Positions 48,029 to 57,207 of a stretch of 64,000 bases of DNA are shown here, one piece after another. The notes under the pieces were generated by a model. It was given only the letters and a program-made list of their open reading frames with translations, was not told the DNA's origin and did not search any database. The translations under genes and the position numbers were made by a program. Source of the DNA: Candidatus Margulisiibacteriota bacterium (lineage in GTDB: Bacteria; Margulisbacteria; WOR-1; CAVSGV01; JBHPDX01); the NCBI GenBank assembly GCA_042577445.1, contig JBHPDX010000001.1, forward strand, positions 6,614 to 70,613. The letters are read 5' to 3'. The stretch's first letter is position 1; every line of letters starts with the position of its first letter.

Positions 48029-49120
48029 ATGAAAAAAATGTTCATCATATTATTATTGTTCTCTTTATCTTGCTGTCCCGCTTTCTCGGAGATCGACCTT
48101 GGCGGATATTACAAAAGCGATCTTATATACATACAGAACCGGAGTGTCGGCAGCCCCATAAATAACATGAACAAGCTCCGCCTGAAATTCGATTACCAGC
48201 CGGATGATAGGACGCTTTTTCATATAGAGCCTCAAATGGTCGCAATGTCAGGATTCAGCGATTTTCCTATTGAAGGAGCGTCAGACCTTGATAAGCTTTC
48301 CTGGGAAAGAGCATACCTCTCATTGAACTACGGAACTTTTGATCTTATAGGCGGAAAGCAGCGCATTGCCTGGGGAACAGGCCGCGTTTGGAACCCTACG
48401 GATATTTTTAACCCTTTTAGTTTGACGCTGGCAGACGAGGAAAAGCAGGGAGTTGACGCGTTACGGGTCATAAATTATCTGGGGGCGGCATCTAATATAG
48501 ATGCGGTGGTCCTTTCTGCGACTTCGGAAGCCCAGCGAAAATGGGCGCTAAAAACTAAGACGAATTATTTAAATTATGATCTTTCTGTTTCATATATTAA
48601 TATGGGGGAAGGGCAGGGGTACATGATCGGCTCGGACTTTGCAGGCGAGATGTGGGACTTTGAGGTTCGGGGGGAATTCGCCGGCTATACTCCCGGAAGC
48701 GGAGAAGCTTATCTGAATTTTTGTCTTGGAGGCGGGTACACGCTTGATAACGGCCTTGGAATTGATATTGAATATTATAATAACGGGCTGGGAAAATCGG
48801 ATAAGTCGGATTATAACTTCAATGCTTTGTTTTCCGGAGAAGCGACATTCCTTGCCAGGCATTATCTTTCCTGCAGCACTTCTTATATGATCAATGAGCT
48901 TGAGACAATTAGGGGAGCGGTGATCTGGAATTTAGTGGATGGCGGACTGCTCTTATATCCGTCATATTCATATAATCTTTTTGAGGATGTCGACCTATCT
49001 TTTGATGCCATTCTTTATTCCGCTGCTTCTGGCGATGAGTGGAACCCCGGTCTAGTGGTTGATCCCACGGGATTTATCGGAAGCAATCTTTATTTCGTGA
49101 GGGTGAGGTACAGCTTCTAG
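48029..49120 (+). CDS. outer-membrane beta-barrel protein
   Basis: The signal peptide MKKMFIILLLFSLSCCPAFS is followed by alternating amphipathic strands. The C-terminus ends RVRYSF with a terminal aromatic, typical of OMPs. Confidence 0.65.
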   Translation: MKKMFIILLLFSLSCCPAFSEIDLGGYYKSDLIYIQNRSVGSPINNMNKLRLKFDYQPDDRTLFHIEPQMVAMSGFSDFPIEGASDLDKLSWERAYLSLNYGTFDLIGGKQRIAWGTGRVWNPTDIFNPFSLTLADEEKQGVDALRVINYLGAASNIDAVVLSATSEAQRKWALKTKTNYLNYDLSVSYINMGEGQGYMIGSDFAGEMWDFEVRGEFAGYTPGSGEAYLNFCLGGGYTLDNGLGIDIEYYNNGLGKSDKSDYNFNALFSGEATFLARHYLSCSTSYMINELETIRGAVIWNLVDGGLLLYPSYSYNLFEDVDLSFDAILYSAASGDEWNPGLVVDPTGFIGSNLYFVRVRYSF

Positions 49121-49121
49121 C

Positions 49122-49799
49122 TTATTTGCTTAGTGCGTTGACGATCGCTTTTGCGAACTTCTCTGCGGCATCAGAACTATTAGCTGTTATCGTGTTCCCA
49201 AACACCTCAACATCAGATCCTGTGTAGATCGCCCCTTCGTTCGTTATCGTGTCGGTCTCGCTGGCTATTACTGTTGCTTTCCTGCCGCTTAGTATCCCCG
49301 AATGTGCCAGTATCACCGGAGCAAGACATATTGCAGCAACAGGTTTTCTTAATCCGAAAGACCATGTTGCGATATAATGTGCTTTTTCATTATTAAAATA
49401 TTCCTTTGCACCGGGGCCTCCAATGAACACAACAGCATTGTAATCCCTTACTTTTACATTCTTGAGAAGTATATCCGCTTTGATCTTTGTCCCATTTGCA
49501 CTGACAACATCTTCTTTTGACGAAGCCACTATTACTTTTGCGCCATGTTCCTCGAATATATTTCTGGGTACAAAGTATTCTTTGTCATTAAAATCCTTAC
49601 TTGCGACTATCATTAATATCTTTTTGCCGCTCAGATCTATCTTGCTCTCTTCTTTTTTTGTCTCCGGCTCCTTATATTCAGAGGCTGTTGTTACTGTATC
49701 CGGCTTTGCTTCTTCTGTCTTTTCGGAGGCACTGCCCATAGCAAAGGCCGGCATTATTATGATCGCCGCTAAAAATATTAAAGTGATTATCTTTTTCAA
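49122..49799 (-). CDS. DJ-1/PfpI-family protein with a signal peptide and a long E/K-rich linker
   Basis: The signal peptide is MKKIITLIFLAAIIIMPAFA. A linker of about 55 aa follows, then the DJ-1 core GKKILMIVASKDFNDKEY...AAICLAPVIL. Confidence 0.75.
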   Translation of the reverse strand: MKKIITLIFLAAIIIMPAFAMGSASEKTEEAKPDTVTTASEYKEPETKKEESKIDLSGKKILMIVASKDFNDKEYFVPRNIFEEHGAKVIVASSKEDVVSANGTKIKADILLKNVKVRDYNAVVFIGGPGAKEYFNNEKAHYIATWSFGLRKPVAAICLAPVILAHSGILSGRKATVIASETDTITNEGAIYTGSDVEVFGNTITANSSDAAEKFAKAIVNALSK

Positions 49800-49912
49800 T
49801 TTCTGTACCCCTTTTTAAGTAAAAAGCTTGATAATTATACCATAATTTTGCTCTGCGATTAAGCGGGCCTTTGCAAAAGCGATTGCTTGCGTCACGTTTT
49901 TGATATATATTT

Positions 49913-51292
49913 GTGCTGATGAGGCGCCAACTACTAGAGCAGACAACGCTCTTTTTAAGTGTTATTAAGTGGACGGTCTATGCCACTGTCGTCGGTGTAT
50001 TGGTAGGGGCTTCTACCACACTCTTTTTAAAGCTTCTCGGTTCTTCGACCAATATAGTAACGCAGAATAAATATTACTTTTTGTTAATGCCTGTAGGGTT
50101 TTTCCTCTCAAGCCTGATAGTAATGTATCTTGCTCCCGGTGCGGAAGGGCACGGCACCGAAAAAGTGATCGAAGCTGTCAATAAGCGTTTCGGTAAAATG
50201 GATATAAGAGTTGTCCCGGTTAAATTGATCACGACCATTATTACTATTGTTTCCGGAGGATCTGTAGGTAAAGAAGGCCCTGCTGCTCAAATAGGAGGGG
50301 GCATGTCTTCTTATGTTGCAACTATTCTGCACCTGCCCCCGGAAGACAGAAGAAAACTTGTGATATGCGGTATCAGCGCCGGCTTTGCCGCTGTTTTCGG
50401 CACGCCGATAGCAGGGGCTATTTTCGGCATAGAAGTGCTATATCTTGGCCGAATATTTTATAATGTGCTTTTCCCTTCTCTTTTAGCCGGAATAATCAGC
50501 TTTGAAACGGCCAAGTATCTTGGCATAACCTATGTTTATCACTCTATGAACATAGCGCCGGATTTTTCCCGCATGTTGTTCTTTAAAGCCATACTCGCCG
50601 GCGTATTTTTCGGCCTGCTTGCGCTTGTTTTTATAGAGTGTATTGAGTATTTTCACAGATTTTTCGAAAGGATAAAGATATGGAAGCCGTTTAAGGGGCT
50701 CATTAGCGGGTCTGCTCTAGTGGCATTAACTTTTGTGGTTGGGACCAAATATCTCGGCCTGGGGCTTGGGGGGATCGAAAGCAGTTTGACCGGAGCCAAG
50801 GCTTCTATTTTTGATCCATTGCTGAAAATACTCTTTACCGCGATCTGTTTGGGCGGGGGAGGAAGCGGTGGCGTGGTCACGCCTATATTCTTTATCGGAA
50901 GCACCGCAGGCAATTTCTTTGCCGGTTTGATGGGCATAAATCCGCAGATGTTCGCTGCTATAGGTATGATCTCGCTTCTTGCGGCAGCGGCGAATACGCC
51001 TATCGCCGCATTCATTATGGCGATCGAACTGTTCGGTCCCGGACTGGGAGTTTTTGCGGCTGCTTCCGCGGCCGTAAGTTTTATTGTCGTGGGGCATCGA
51101 AGCATATATTCCGGGCAGGTCTTAGGGATAGTAAAGAGCTCTTCGCTTATAGTTGATAAAAGAAGGCAGAGTGAAGTAGGTAAAATAAACCGTTTATATG
51201 TTAGGCCTCGGCGAGGGACGCTTCTTTGGTTTATCCTCATCTTGAACCGCAGAGTGCGAAGATTTTTTCGCAAGTATCTTAAAAGGGATTGA
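49913..51292 (+). CDS. ClC-family chloride channel / H+-Cl- antiporter
   Basis: GSVGKEGPAAQIGG and GTPIAGAIFGIEVL are ClC selectivity-filter motifs. Confidence 0.88.
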   Translation: MLMRRQLLEQTTLFLSVIKWTVYATVVGVLVGASTTLFLKLLGSSTNIVTQNKYYFLLMPVGFFLSSLIVMYLAPGAEGHGTEKVIEAVNKRFGKMDIRVVPVKLITTIITIVSGGSVGKEGPAAQIGGGMSSYVATILHLPPEDRRKLVICGISAGFAAVFGTPIAGAIFGIEVLYLGRIFYNVLFPSLLAGIISFETAKYLGITYVYHSMNIAPDFSRMLFFKAILAGVFFGLLALVFIECIEYFHRFFERIKIWKPFKGLISGSALVALTFVVGTKYLGLGLGGIESSLTGAKASIFDPLLKILFTAICLGGGGSGGVVTPIFFIGSTAGNFFAGLMGINPQMFAAIGMISLLAAAANTPIAAFIMAIELFGPGLGVFAAASAAVSFIVVGHRSIYSGQVLGIVKSSSLIVDKRRQSEVGKINRLYVRPRRGTLLWFILILNRRVRRFFRKYLKRD

Positions 51293-51301
51293 TATTTAAA
51301 C

Positions 51302-51700
51302 ATGAAAAAGATCGCCTTTATATGTATAGGCAATTCCATTAGATCTCAAATGGCCGAAGGCTTTGCTAAAGTGCTGGGAAAAGGGATCGTGGAGGTCTAT
51401 AGCGCCGGTTCCCGTCCGCGTGGATTTGTTGATCCGATGGCTGTTCAGGTCATGAAAGAAAAAGGGATAGATATTTCAAGTCATTCATCAAAAAGTGTTA
51501 ATGATCTTCCCCAGGCGGAGTATGCATATATTATAGGTATGGGATGCGGAGATGAATGCCCGCTTCTCCCTGCAAAGAACAAAATTGATTGGAGTATCGA
51601 CGACCCGGTTGCCGGCGGAGTGGAAAAATTCAAGAAAATAAGAGATGAAATAGAGGGTAAAGTAAAAGAACTGATCAATAAGATCAAGTCTTCGCAGTGA
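51302..51700 (+). CDS. arsC: arsenate reductase (thioredoxin-coupled, LMW-PTP fold) or low-molecular-weight phosphotyrosine phosphatase
   Basis: The CX5R P-loop CIGNSIRSQMAEG and the downstream CGDEC cysteines are typical of Bacillus-type ArsC. Confidence 0.75.
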   Translation: MKKIAFICIGNSIRSQMAEGFAKVLGKGIVEVYSAGSRPRGFVDPMAVQVMKEKGIDISSHSSKSVNDLPQAEYAYIIGMGCGDECPLLPAKNKIDWSIDDPVAGGVEKFKKIRDEIEGKVKELINKIKSSQ

Positions 51701-51710
51701 GCGGTCAGCG

Positions 51711-52940
51711 CTACTTCAGCTCGATGAGGCTCTTGCCCGGGTTGTTCATGACGGTAAAAAGCAGCAGATAATTCCTTAGGCTTCTGGTGAGCAGAAATTT
51801 TTCCCTGACATATTCTTTGCCGTATTCTCCCATCCTTTTTGCGATATCAGGATTATTGAGAAGATATCTTATTTGATACGCGCATCCGTCCACCGAGTGG
51901 ACAAGTATTCCCGTAAGGTTATGTTTTATCTGAGAAGGAATGCCGCCCACGTTGCTAGCTATTACCGGCTTGCCTTTCCAGAGGCCTTCTGTAACCGTAA
52001 GGCCGAATCCCTCGCGAAGTGATTTTTGCAGTATTATCGTGGAAGCTCGCTGCAGCGCATTTATATCCGTATCGCTGAACGGCGGAAGGTTCAGAACATG
52101 TATATCCTTGTCATTCCCTACTTTTTCATTTATTTCCGCAAGTACCTGATTGGCTTCCGGATCGTCCGATGCTGCGCCGCCCGCAAGCACCAGCTGGCAG
52201 TCGGTGTACTTCTTTACTTTCCTGTAGGCATCTATTACCCCCAGAGGATCCTTTAACCTGTCGAACCTTGATATCTGGGTTATTATCGGCCTTTTTGGGT
52301 CAAGCTTATATTTTGCCACGACAGAGTGGACGGCATCTTCGGGCAGATCCCTGTTCTTTTCGCTTAAAGGATCTATAGACGGGGACACAAGGAATTGTGG
52401 GATCGAAAGCGATTTTGAAAAATTCGGCGAAGAGAATATTGAAGCATCATATTTTTCAACGTAACCCTTTAAAAAATCCCATACTTCCGGTTGGGAATGT
52501 GATGTATCAATGTGGCATCTCCATATCCATTTTGAATTATTGTTAGATTTTTTTTCGATCATGATTATCGGCTGAGGATCATGTATAACGATAATATCCT
52601 CGTTAAATGACATTTTTGCCGCATTTTGCCTGTTCGTTTCAATGAATGAATCAAGTATGCCCTTTGTTACATTCATTTTTTCACCGTGGATCGCATTGTG
52701 AAACGATTTTGTTATATCAAAGAACTCTTCGTTTCCCTCGATCACTTCCCATTTTACGTCTATTTCCAGCTCATTAAAAAGCGGGATCAATCTGTTCAAT
52801 ATCTCCGCAACGCCGCCTCCGACGCGCGTTGAATTGACCATTTTTATCGTCTTTTTATAGAACGGCCTGGCCAGGATCCTTAATTCGTCGATCACGGCCG
52901 TTCCGACTATTGGCTTATAATCGTATAAGTTTACCGCCAT
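51711..52940 (-). CDS. treT: trehalose glycosyltransferring synthase
   Basis: VNSTRVGGGVAEILNRLIPL, WRCHIDTSHSQPEVWDFLKGYVEKYD, PPSIDPLSEKN, PIITQISRFD and EGFGLTVTEGLWKGKPVI match archaeal and bacterial TreT motif for motif. Confidence 0.85.
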   Translation of the reverse strand: MAVNLYDYKPIVGTAVIDELRILARPFYKKTIKMVNSTRVGGGVAEILNRLIPLFNELEIDVKWEVIEGNEEFFDITKSFHNAIHGEKMNVTKGILDSFIETNRQNAAKMSFNEDIIVIHDPQPIIMIEKKSNNNSKWIWRCHIDTSHSQPEVWDFLKGYVEKYDASIFSSPNFSKSLSIPQFLVSPSIDPLSEKNRDLPEDAVHSVVAKYKLDPKRPIITQISRFDRLKDPLGVIDAYRKVKKYTDCQLVLAGGAASDDPEANQVLAEINEKVGNDKDIHVLNLPPFSDTDINALQRASTIILQKSLREGFGLTVTEGLWKGKPVIASNVGGIPSQIKHNLTGILVHSVDGCAYQIRYLLNNPDIAKRMGEYGKEYVREKFLLTRSLRNYLLLFTVMNNPGKSLIELK

Positions 52941-52941
52941 T

Positions 52942-53757
52942 TTAGCCCTCTCCCGACCCTTTCTTTAACATTTTGTTGTAAGCGTCCTTCATTTTTTTTC
53001 GATTGTTCTTAAATGGCGTGGAAAAGAATATTCGGGTTTTTGCCCAAGTCCTCTGCACGGACGATCTTGTCTGGTCCACCGCCAGTTCTATCAGCTTAAG
53101 TATGTTCTCCTCTTTTTCTATGTGATCGATTATCTTGTTACGAAGTTCATCAAGGGTGAATAAATAGGGATCAAGAGCCTCGATCGTTTTTGCCAGTTCC
53201 TTTTCTCCTAGAGAAGTTTCCAGCCATAATGAAAAATCATTGGTGTTCCTTCCGCATCGGAGCTTTGATTCAAAGAAGTGATAAAAAATGGAGCTGGTAC
53301 TCACCCTTTTTAAGGCTTCTTTGAGGTCGAACAGTGTCCAGACGACGTGCTGAGTTGGAGTTATTATCTCGGTCAGTTTGCACAGGTAGAATTCCTGTCC
53401 TTTTCTGGCTTTTCGGATCTCTATGCCGGTACTCAGATAGTTCTCTATTATCTTAACGATATTATCCCGCAGTTCTGTAAGAGACGGGAATTCTCTTAGG
53501 TCTATACTGGCCAGGTTCTCCGACAGTTCATCTTCGCCGAGTGCATCATGTGCCCATATAGCGAAATCATTGGTGTAAACGTTCCTGGTAAAGTGCAATT
53601 CCTTTATTGCCTGATGAGTATGCTGGAATATAGAAGATTCGTCGGCATTTTTTAAGAGCTCAAGCAATTCCGGGAGTGTGGCAGCTTTTTTGCCCGTTAT
53701 CTCCGTAAATATGGAGGATGTATAAAAATTAAATGAATTTTTTGCGATTAACGGCAT
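52942..53757 (-). CDS. hypothetical protein with an internal duplication; embedded in the trehalose cluster
   Basis: There are two units of about 100 aa: SIFQHTHQAIKELHFTRNVYTNDFAIWAHDALGEDELSENLASIDLREFPSLTELRDNIVKII and SIFYHFFESKLRCGRNTNDFSLWLETSLGEKELAKTIEALDPYLFTLDELRNKIIDHI. The stop lies 2 nt before the treT start. Confidence 0.55.
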   Translation of the reverse strand: MPLIAKNSFNFYTSSIFTEITGKKAATLPELLELLKNADESSIFQHTHQAIKELHFTRNVYTNDFAIWAHDALGEDELSENLASIDLREFPSLTELRDNIVKIIENYLSTGIEIRKARKGQEFYLCKLTEIITPTQHVVWTLFDLKEALKRVSTSSIFYHFFESKLRCGRNTNDFSLWLETSLGEKELAKTIEALDPYLFTLDELRNKIIDHIEKEENILKLIELAVDQTRSSVQRTWAKTRIFFSTPFKNNRKKMKDAYNKMLKKGSGEG

Positions 53758-53761
53758 ATGT

Positions 53762-54550
53762 TCACGCGTTATTATACAATTTATTCACTCTTTTTAAAAG
53801 CGCAGTTACATCGCTGACGTTCTTCAGTCTATATTTTGCGGAAGTTTTTCCGCCGTGGCTTCCAACAAGGATAGTTACGCCTTTCCCTTTAAGCGCTGTG
53901 AAAGCATCTTCATCGGTCCTGTCGTCGCCTATGTATACCGGCAAGATATTCTTCTTTTTGGACCGTATCAGTTTAAGGAGAAGCAGCGAGGCTTTGCCCT
54001 TGTCCCAGTTAACTTTTGGTTTTACTTCAAAGACCTTTTTGCCGTAATTGATGCGGATCTTGTTTCGGGCGACGTGTTTGCTCATTATTTTCACGAATGC
54101 TTTTTTCACCTTTTGAAGGTCGCCGCTTTTGATGAGCCGGTAGTGAAGGCTTAAGCTGAAGCCCTTGTCTTCCACCATCACGCCTTTTATTTCCCCCGTG
54201 GCCCTCCGCAGTTCCTTCCGGATATTTTTTATTATAGGCCTTACCGCTTTTGCTTCCTTTAATGTGAAGGTTATGCCGGGGCCGCTTATCTCTAGGCCGT
54301 GGTTTCCCGCATAATATATATTATTTATCCCTACTTTTTTCTTTACGTTCTTTAGCTCTCTGCCGCTGATGATGCCGAGGATCACGCTTCGCTTATTATT
54401 TGCCAGGGACCGCAGGATGGGCTTTATCCCTTTGCTTAGTGTTGCGATCTCGGGTTTCTTAACGATCGTTGATAGGGTGCCGTCGAAATCCAATAAGAGG
54501 AAAATGCAGCCTTTATGTTTTTTGATGATCTTGTCTATTTTTGCAGCCAT
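53762..54550 (-). CDS. otsB: trehalose-6-phosphate phosphatase
   Basis: LLLDFDGTL is the HAD motif I, and GDDRTDEDAF follows. Confidence 0.85.
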   Translation of the reverse strand: MAAKIDKIIKKHKGCIFLLLDFDGTLSTIVKKPEIATLSKGIKPILRSLANNKRSVILGIISGRELKNVKKKVGINNIYYAGNHGLEISGPGITFTLKEAKAVRPIIKNIRKELRRATGEIKGVMVEDKGFSLSLHYRLIKSGDLQKVKKAFVKIMSKHVARNKIRINYGKKVFEVKPKVNWDKGKASLLLLKLIRSKKKNILPVYIGDDRTDEDAFTALKGKGVTILVGSHGGKTSAKYRLKNVSDVTALLKRVNKLYNNA

Positions 54551-56025
54551 TATGTCTTCATGTGTTTCTGAAGTTCAGATATGAACGACGATGCCCAGGC
54601 ATATATGTCGTGCTCTTTCACGGTCTCAATAAGTTTTTTCATCCTTTTTACTTTTTCTTTTTTCGGCAGTTCCAATCCGTATTTAATGGCATCGGCGAAT
54701 CTCTCTGTGTCATAAGGATTGATCAGGACGGCATCCGGCAGTTCTCTTGCCGCGCCGGTGAATTGGCTTAAGATCAACATGCCTTCCGGAGATCTGGATT
54801 GAGCGGCCAGGAATTCTTTCGCAACAAGGTTCATGCCGTCGTGAAGCGAGCTCACCATGAGAAGGCTTGCTTCTCTGTAATATGCAAGGATCTCTTCAAG
54901 GTTAATATGTTCTTTTCTGTATATTATCGGCTGCCAGTCGTCCGTTCTGTGTTTCCAGTTTATGTCTTCAACCAGGCTTGATATCCTGTCCGCCAGGTCC
55001 TTGTATTCCTTGATCAAAGATCGGCTTGGCACTCCAATGCCCAGATATACGAATTTCTTTTTGTATGACGGATATTTTTCCAGGAAACGGTCGATCGCCA
55101 TAAGTCTCTCCGGGATCCCCTTTGTATAGTCCATCCTGTCGATGCCTACCGCCAGGAATTTATAGGGTTTTCTGATCTTTTTCTTGATCTCTTTCAATGC
55201 GGCATCGACTTCGGGGGAATGCGCCTTTTCTGCCAGTTCTTTGAAATCAATGCTTATAGGGAAAGGTTTTATGCAAGTCCTGTGTTTTTTTCTGATAATG
55301 CAGGATGTGTCCCGGTCGATCTTTGATTCAAGGTTAAGGTCAACAGTGTTGATAAAATTATCACAGTGGTACTTTATGTGGAAACCAAGCAGGTCATTTG
55401 CAAGGAGGCCTTCCAGTATCTCGTTCTTCCACGGGCATATCCTGAACGCTTCCGGATTGGGCCAGGGTATATGCCAGAACTGGCCTACTACCAGGTTGGG
55501 ATTCCTTTCCTTGATAAATTTTGCGCATAATGCAAGGTGATAGTCCTGTATCCAGATAAGGGCTTTGCTGTTCCCGGCCTCATCGACGATCGCCCGGGCA
55601 TATTTATCGTTGACCTTTACGTACTCGTTCCAGTCATCTTTGTTGAATTCCGGTCTTACGTGGGCAATGTGGCAGAGGGGCCAGAAGGTCTTGTTCGCTA
55701 TGCCGTAATAGAAGCCGTTTTCCTGCTTTTTGTTCAGCCAAACTCTTCTTAGGTGATAGCTCGGCTTGTTCGGCGGGACCATGATCCTGTCGTTTACATC
55801 GACCACTTCCTTATCGGCGTCACCCGAGCCCGTTGCCACCCATACCCCCTTGCAGGTCCTGAGCACTGGGTCAAGTCCGGTTACCAGCCCTGAAGCAGGC
55901 CTGATCCACTTTACCTTGTCCTCATCGTACTTATGGATATAAGGCTCCCTGTTCGAGGCCACTATTAAGCGGCGCCCTTTCAGTTTACCTTCAAATAACT
56001 TCAATAATTCTTCTTTTGAATTCAT
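54550..56025 (-). CDS. otsA: alpha,alpha-trehalose-phosphate synthase (UDP-forming; GT20)
   Basis: LIVASNREPY, LIWIQDYHL and GMNLVAKEF are GT20 motifs. Confidence 0.9.
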   Translation of the reverse strand: MNSKEELLKLFEGKLKGRRLIVASNREPYIHKYDEDKVKWIRPASGLVTGLDPVLRTCKGVWVATGSGDADKEVVDVNDRIMVPPNKPSYHLRRVWLNKKQENGFYYGIANKTFWPLCHIAHVRPEFNKDDWNEYVKVNDKYARAIVDEAGNSKALIWIQDYHLALCAKFIKERNPNLVVGQFWHIPWPNPEAFRICPWKNEILEGLLANDLLGFHIKYHCDNFINTVDLNLESKIDRDTSCIIRKKHRTCIKPFPISIDFKELAEKAHSPEVDAALKEIKKKIRKPYKFLAVGIDRMDYTKGIPERLMAIDRFLEKYPSYKKKFVYLGIGVPSRSLIKEYKDLADRISSLVEDINWKHRTDDWQPIIYRKEHINLEEILAYYREASLLMVSSLHDGMNLVAKEFLAAQSRSPEGMLILSQFTGAARELPDAVLINPYDTERFADAIKYGLELPKKEKVKRMKKLIETVKEHDIYAWASSFISELQKHMKT

Positions 56026-56156
56026 AGAGCAGCATTTTATCCTATTTTAGGGGTAATTTCAATCAGCCCGGCGTAGGGGGCTCTTTTATTGTTCATTTTT
56101 CTGGCTGACTAGCAATTAACTATTTATCTTTTTCTATTCTCTCTGAATTAGTTACT

Positions 56157-56185
56157 TTGACAAAAGTTCTAATTGATAATATAAT
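56157..56185 (+). promoter_or_regulatory. perfect-consensus sigma70 promoter (TTGACA, 17-nt spacer, TATAAT) upstream of the DUF389 gene
   Basis: Both hexamers and the spacer length are exact consensus. An AAGGAG RBS and the ATG at 56225 follow. Confidence 0.55.
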
Positions 56186-56224
56186 AAAATGTTCGCTATT
56201 TGGCGGAAGATAAGGAGAATATCC

Positions 56225-57202
56225 ATGAAATTGATACATATTATTAGCCAGGAGCAGAGGATGAAGGTGGCGGATGAGCTGAGCAAGGGTACTGAGTCCT
56301 CCCTTACCTTCTTTATAATGGTCGCTCTTTCAACGATCATTGCTACCTACGGCTTAATAAAGAACAGTATCCTTATTGTCATGGGCGCCATGCTGGTGGC
56401 CCCGCTTATGACCCCGATACTTGCTTTTTCGCTCTCCCTGATACGAGGGGATATCCATTTGATGAGAAAGTCCTTGGAAGCAGAGCTAAAAGGGGTCTTT
56501 GTGACCCTGGTTGTAGCGCTGCTGGTTGCCCTTATATCCCCGGGGATGGGTGCAACCCCTGAGATCTTGGCTCGTACTCAGCCGAATTTCTTTGACCTTG
56601 TTATAGCCATTGCGGCAGGAGCGGCGACCGCTTATGCCATTACCCAGGAGGGGATGAGCGTCATGTTCCCGGGAGTGGTTATCGCCATACTTTTAGTTCC
56701 CCCTCTGTCCGTGGCAGGTATTGGGCTGTCTCTCAGAGATTTTAATATTGTCGGGGGAAGCCTGCTTTTATTCGTTACCAACCTGGTCGCTATTATCTTT
56801 TCCAGTTCCTGCGTCTTCTGGCTCCGGGGTTTTGTTCCGTATTGGGCCAGCGACATGCATGCTGAGGTCAGAAGAAAGCTTATTGCCACATTCACTATTT
56901 TGTTCATTGTTGCCATCCCGCTTGTCCTTGTTATGTATTCCGCCATACATCGTACTTCTATATCCAACAGCATTAATGACGTGCTGATCGAGCAGGTTGT
57001 CACCGGCAAGAACGCGCAACTTATTGAATATAGTTTTAAAGAAGCGGGCAAAAAGATCACCGTTACTACTACAATAAGGTCGCCGCAGCGTTTAAGTGCA
57101 AGGGATACTAGAAGGATCAAAAAGATGATCGAAGAAAAGATCAATCAGCCGGTCAGCCTGAAGGTTTTTCTGGTCCCGTTCGATGTCATAGAAAGCAAAT
57201 AA
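56225..57202 (+). CDS. DUF389-family membrane protein
   Basis: Several TM helices are present, with the DUF389 or TIGR00341-like layout. The start is set at MKLIHII, which has a strong RBS. Confidence 0.6.
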   Translation: MKLIHIISQEQRMKVADELSKGTESSLTFFIMVALSTIIATYGLIKNSILIVMGAMLVAPLMTPILAFSLSLIRGDIHLMRKSLEAELKGVFVTLVVALLVALISPGMGATPEILARTQPNFFDLVIAIAAGAATAYAITQEGMSVMFPGVVIAILLVPPLSVAGIGLSLRDFNIVGGSLLLFVTNLVAIIFSSSCVFWLRGFVPYWASDMHAEVRRKLIATFTILFIVAIPLVLVMYSAIHRTSISNSINDVLIEQVVTGKNAQLIEYSFKEAGKKITVTTTIRSPQRLSARDTRRIKKMIEEKINQPVSLKVFLVPFDVIESK

Positions 57203-57207
57203 GCGGG

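Noticed and set aside
56632-57144. 170-aa minus-strand ORF
   Set aside because: It is antisense within the DUF389 gene.
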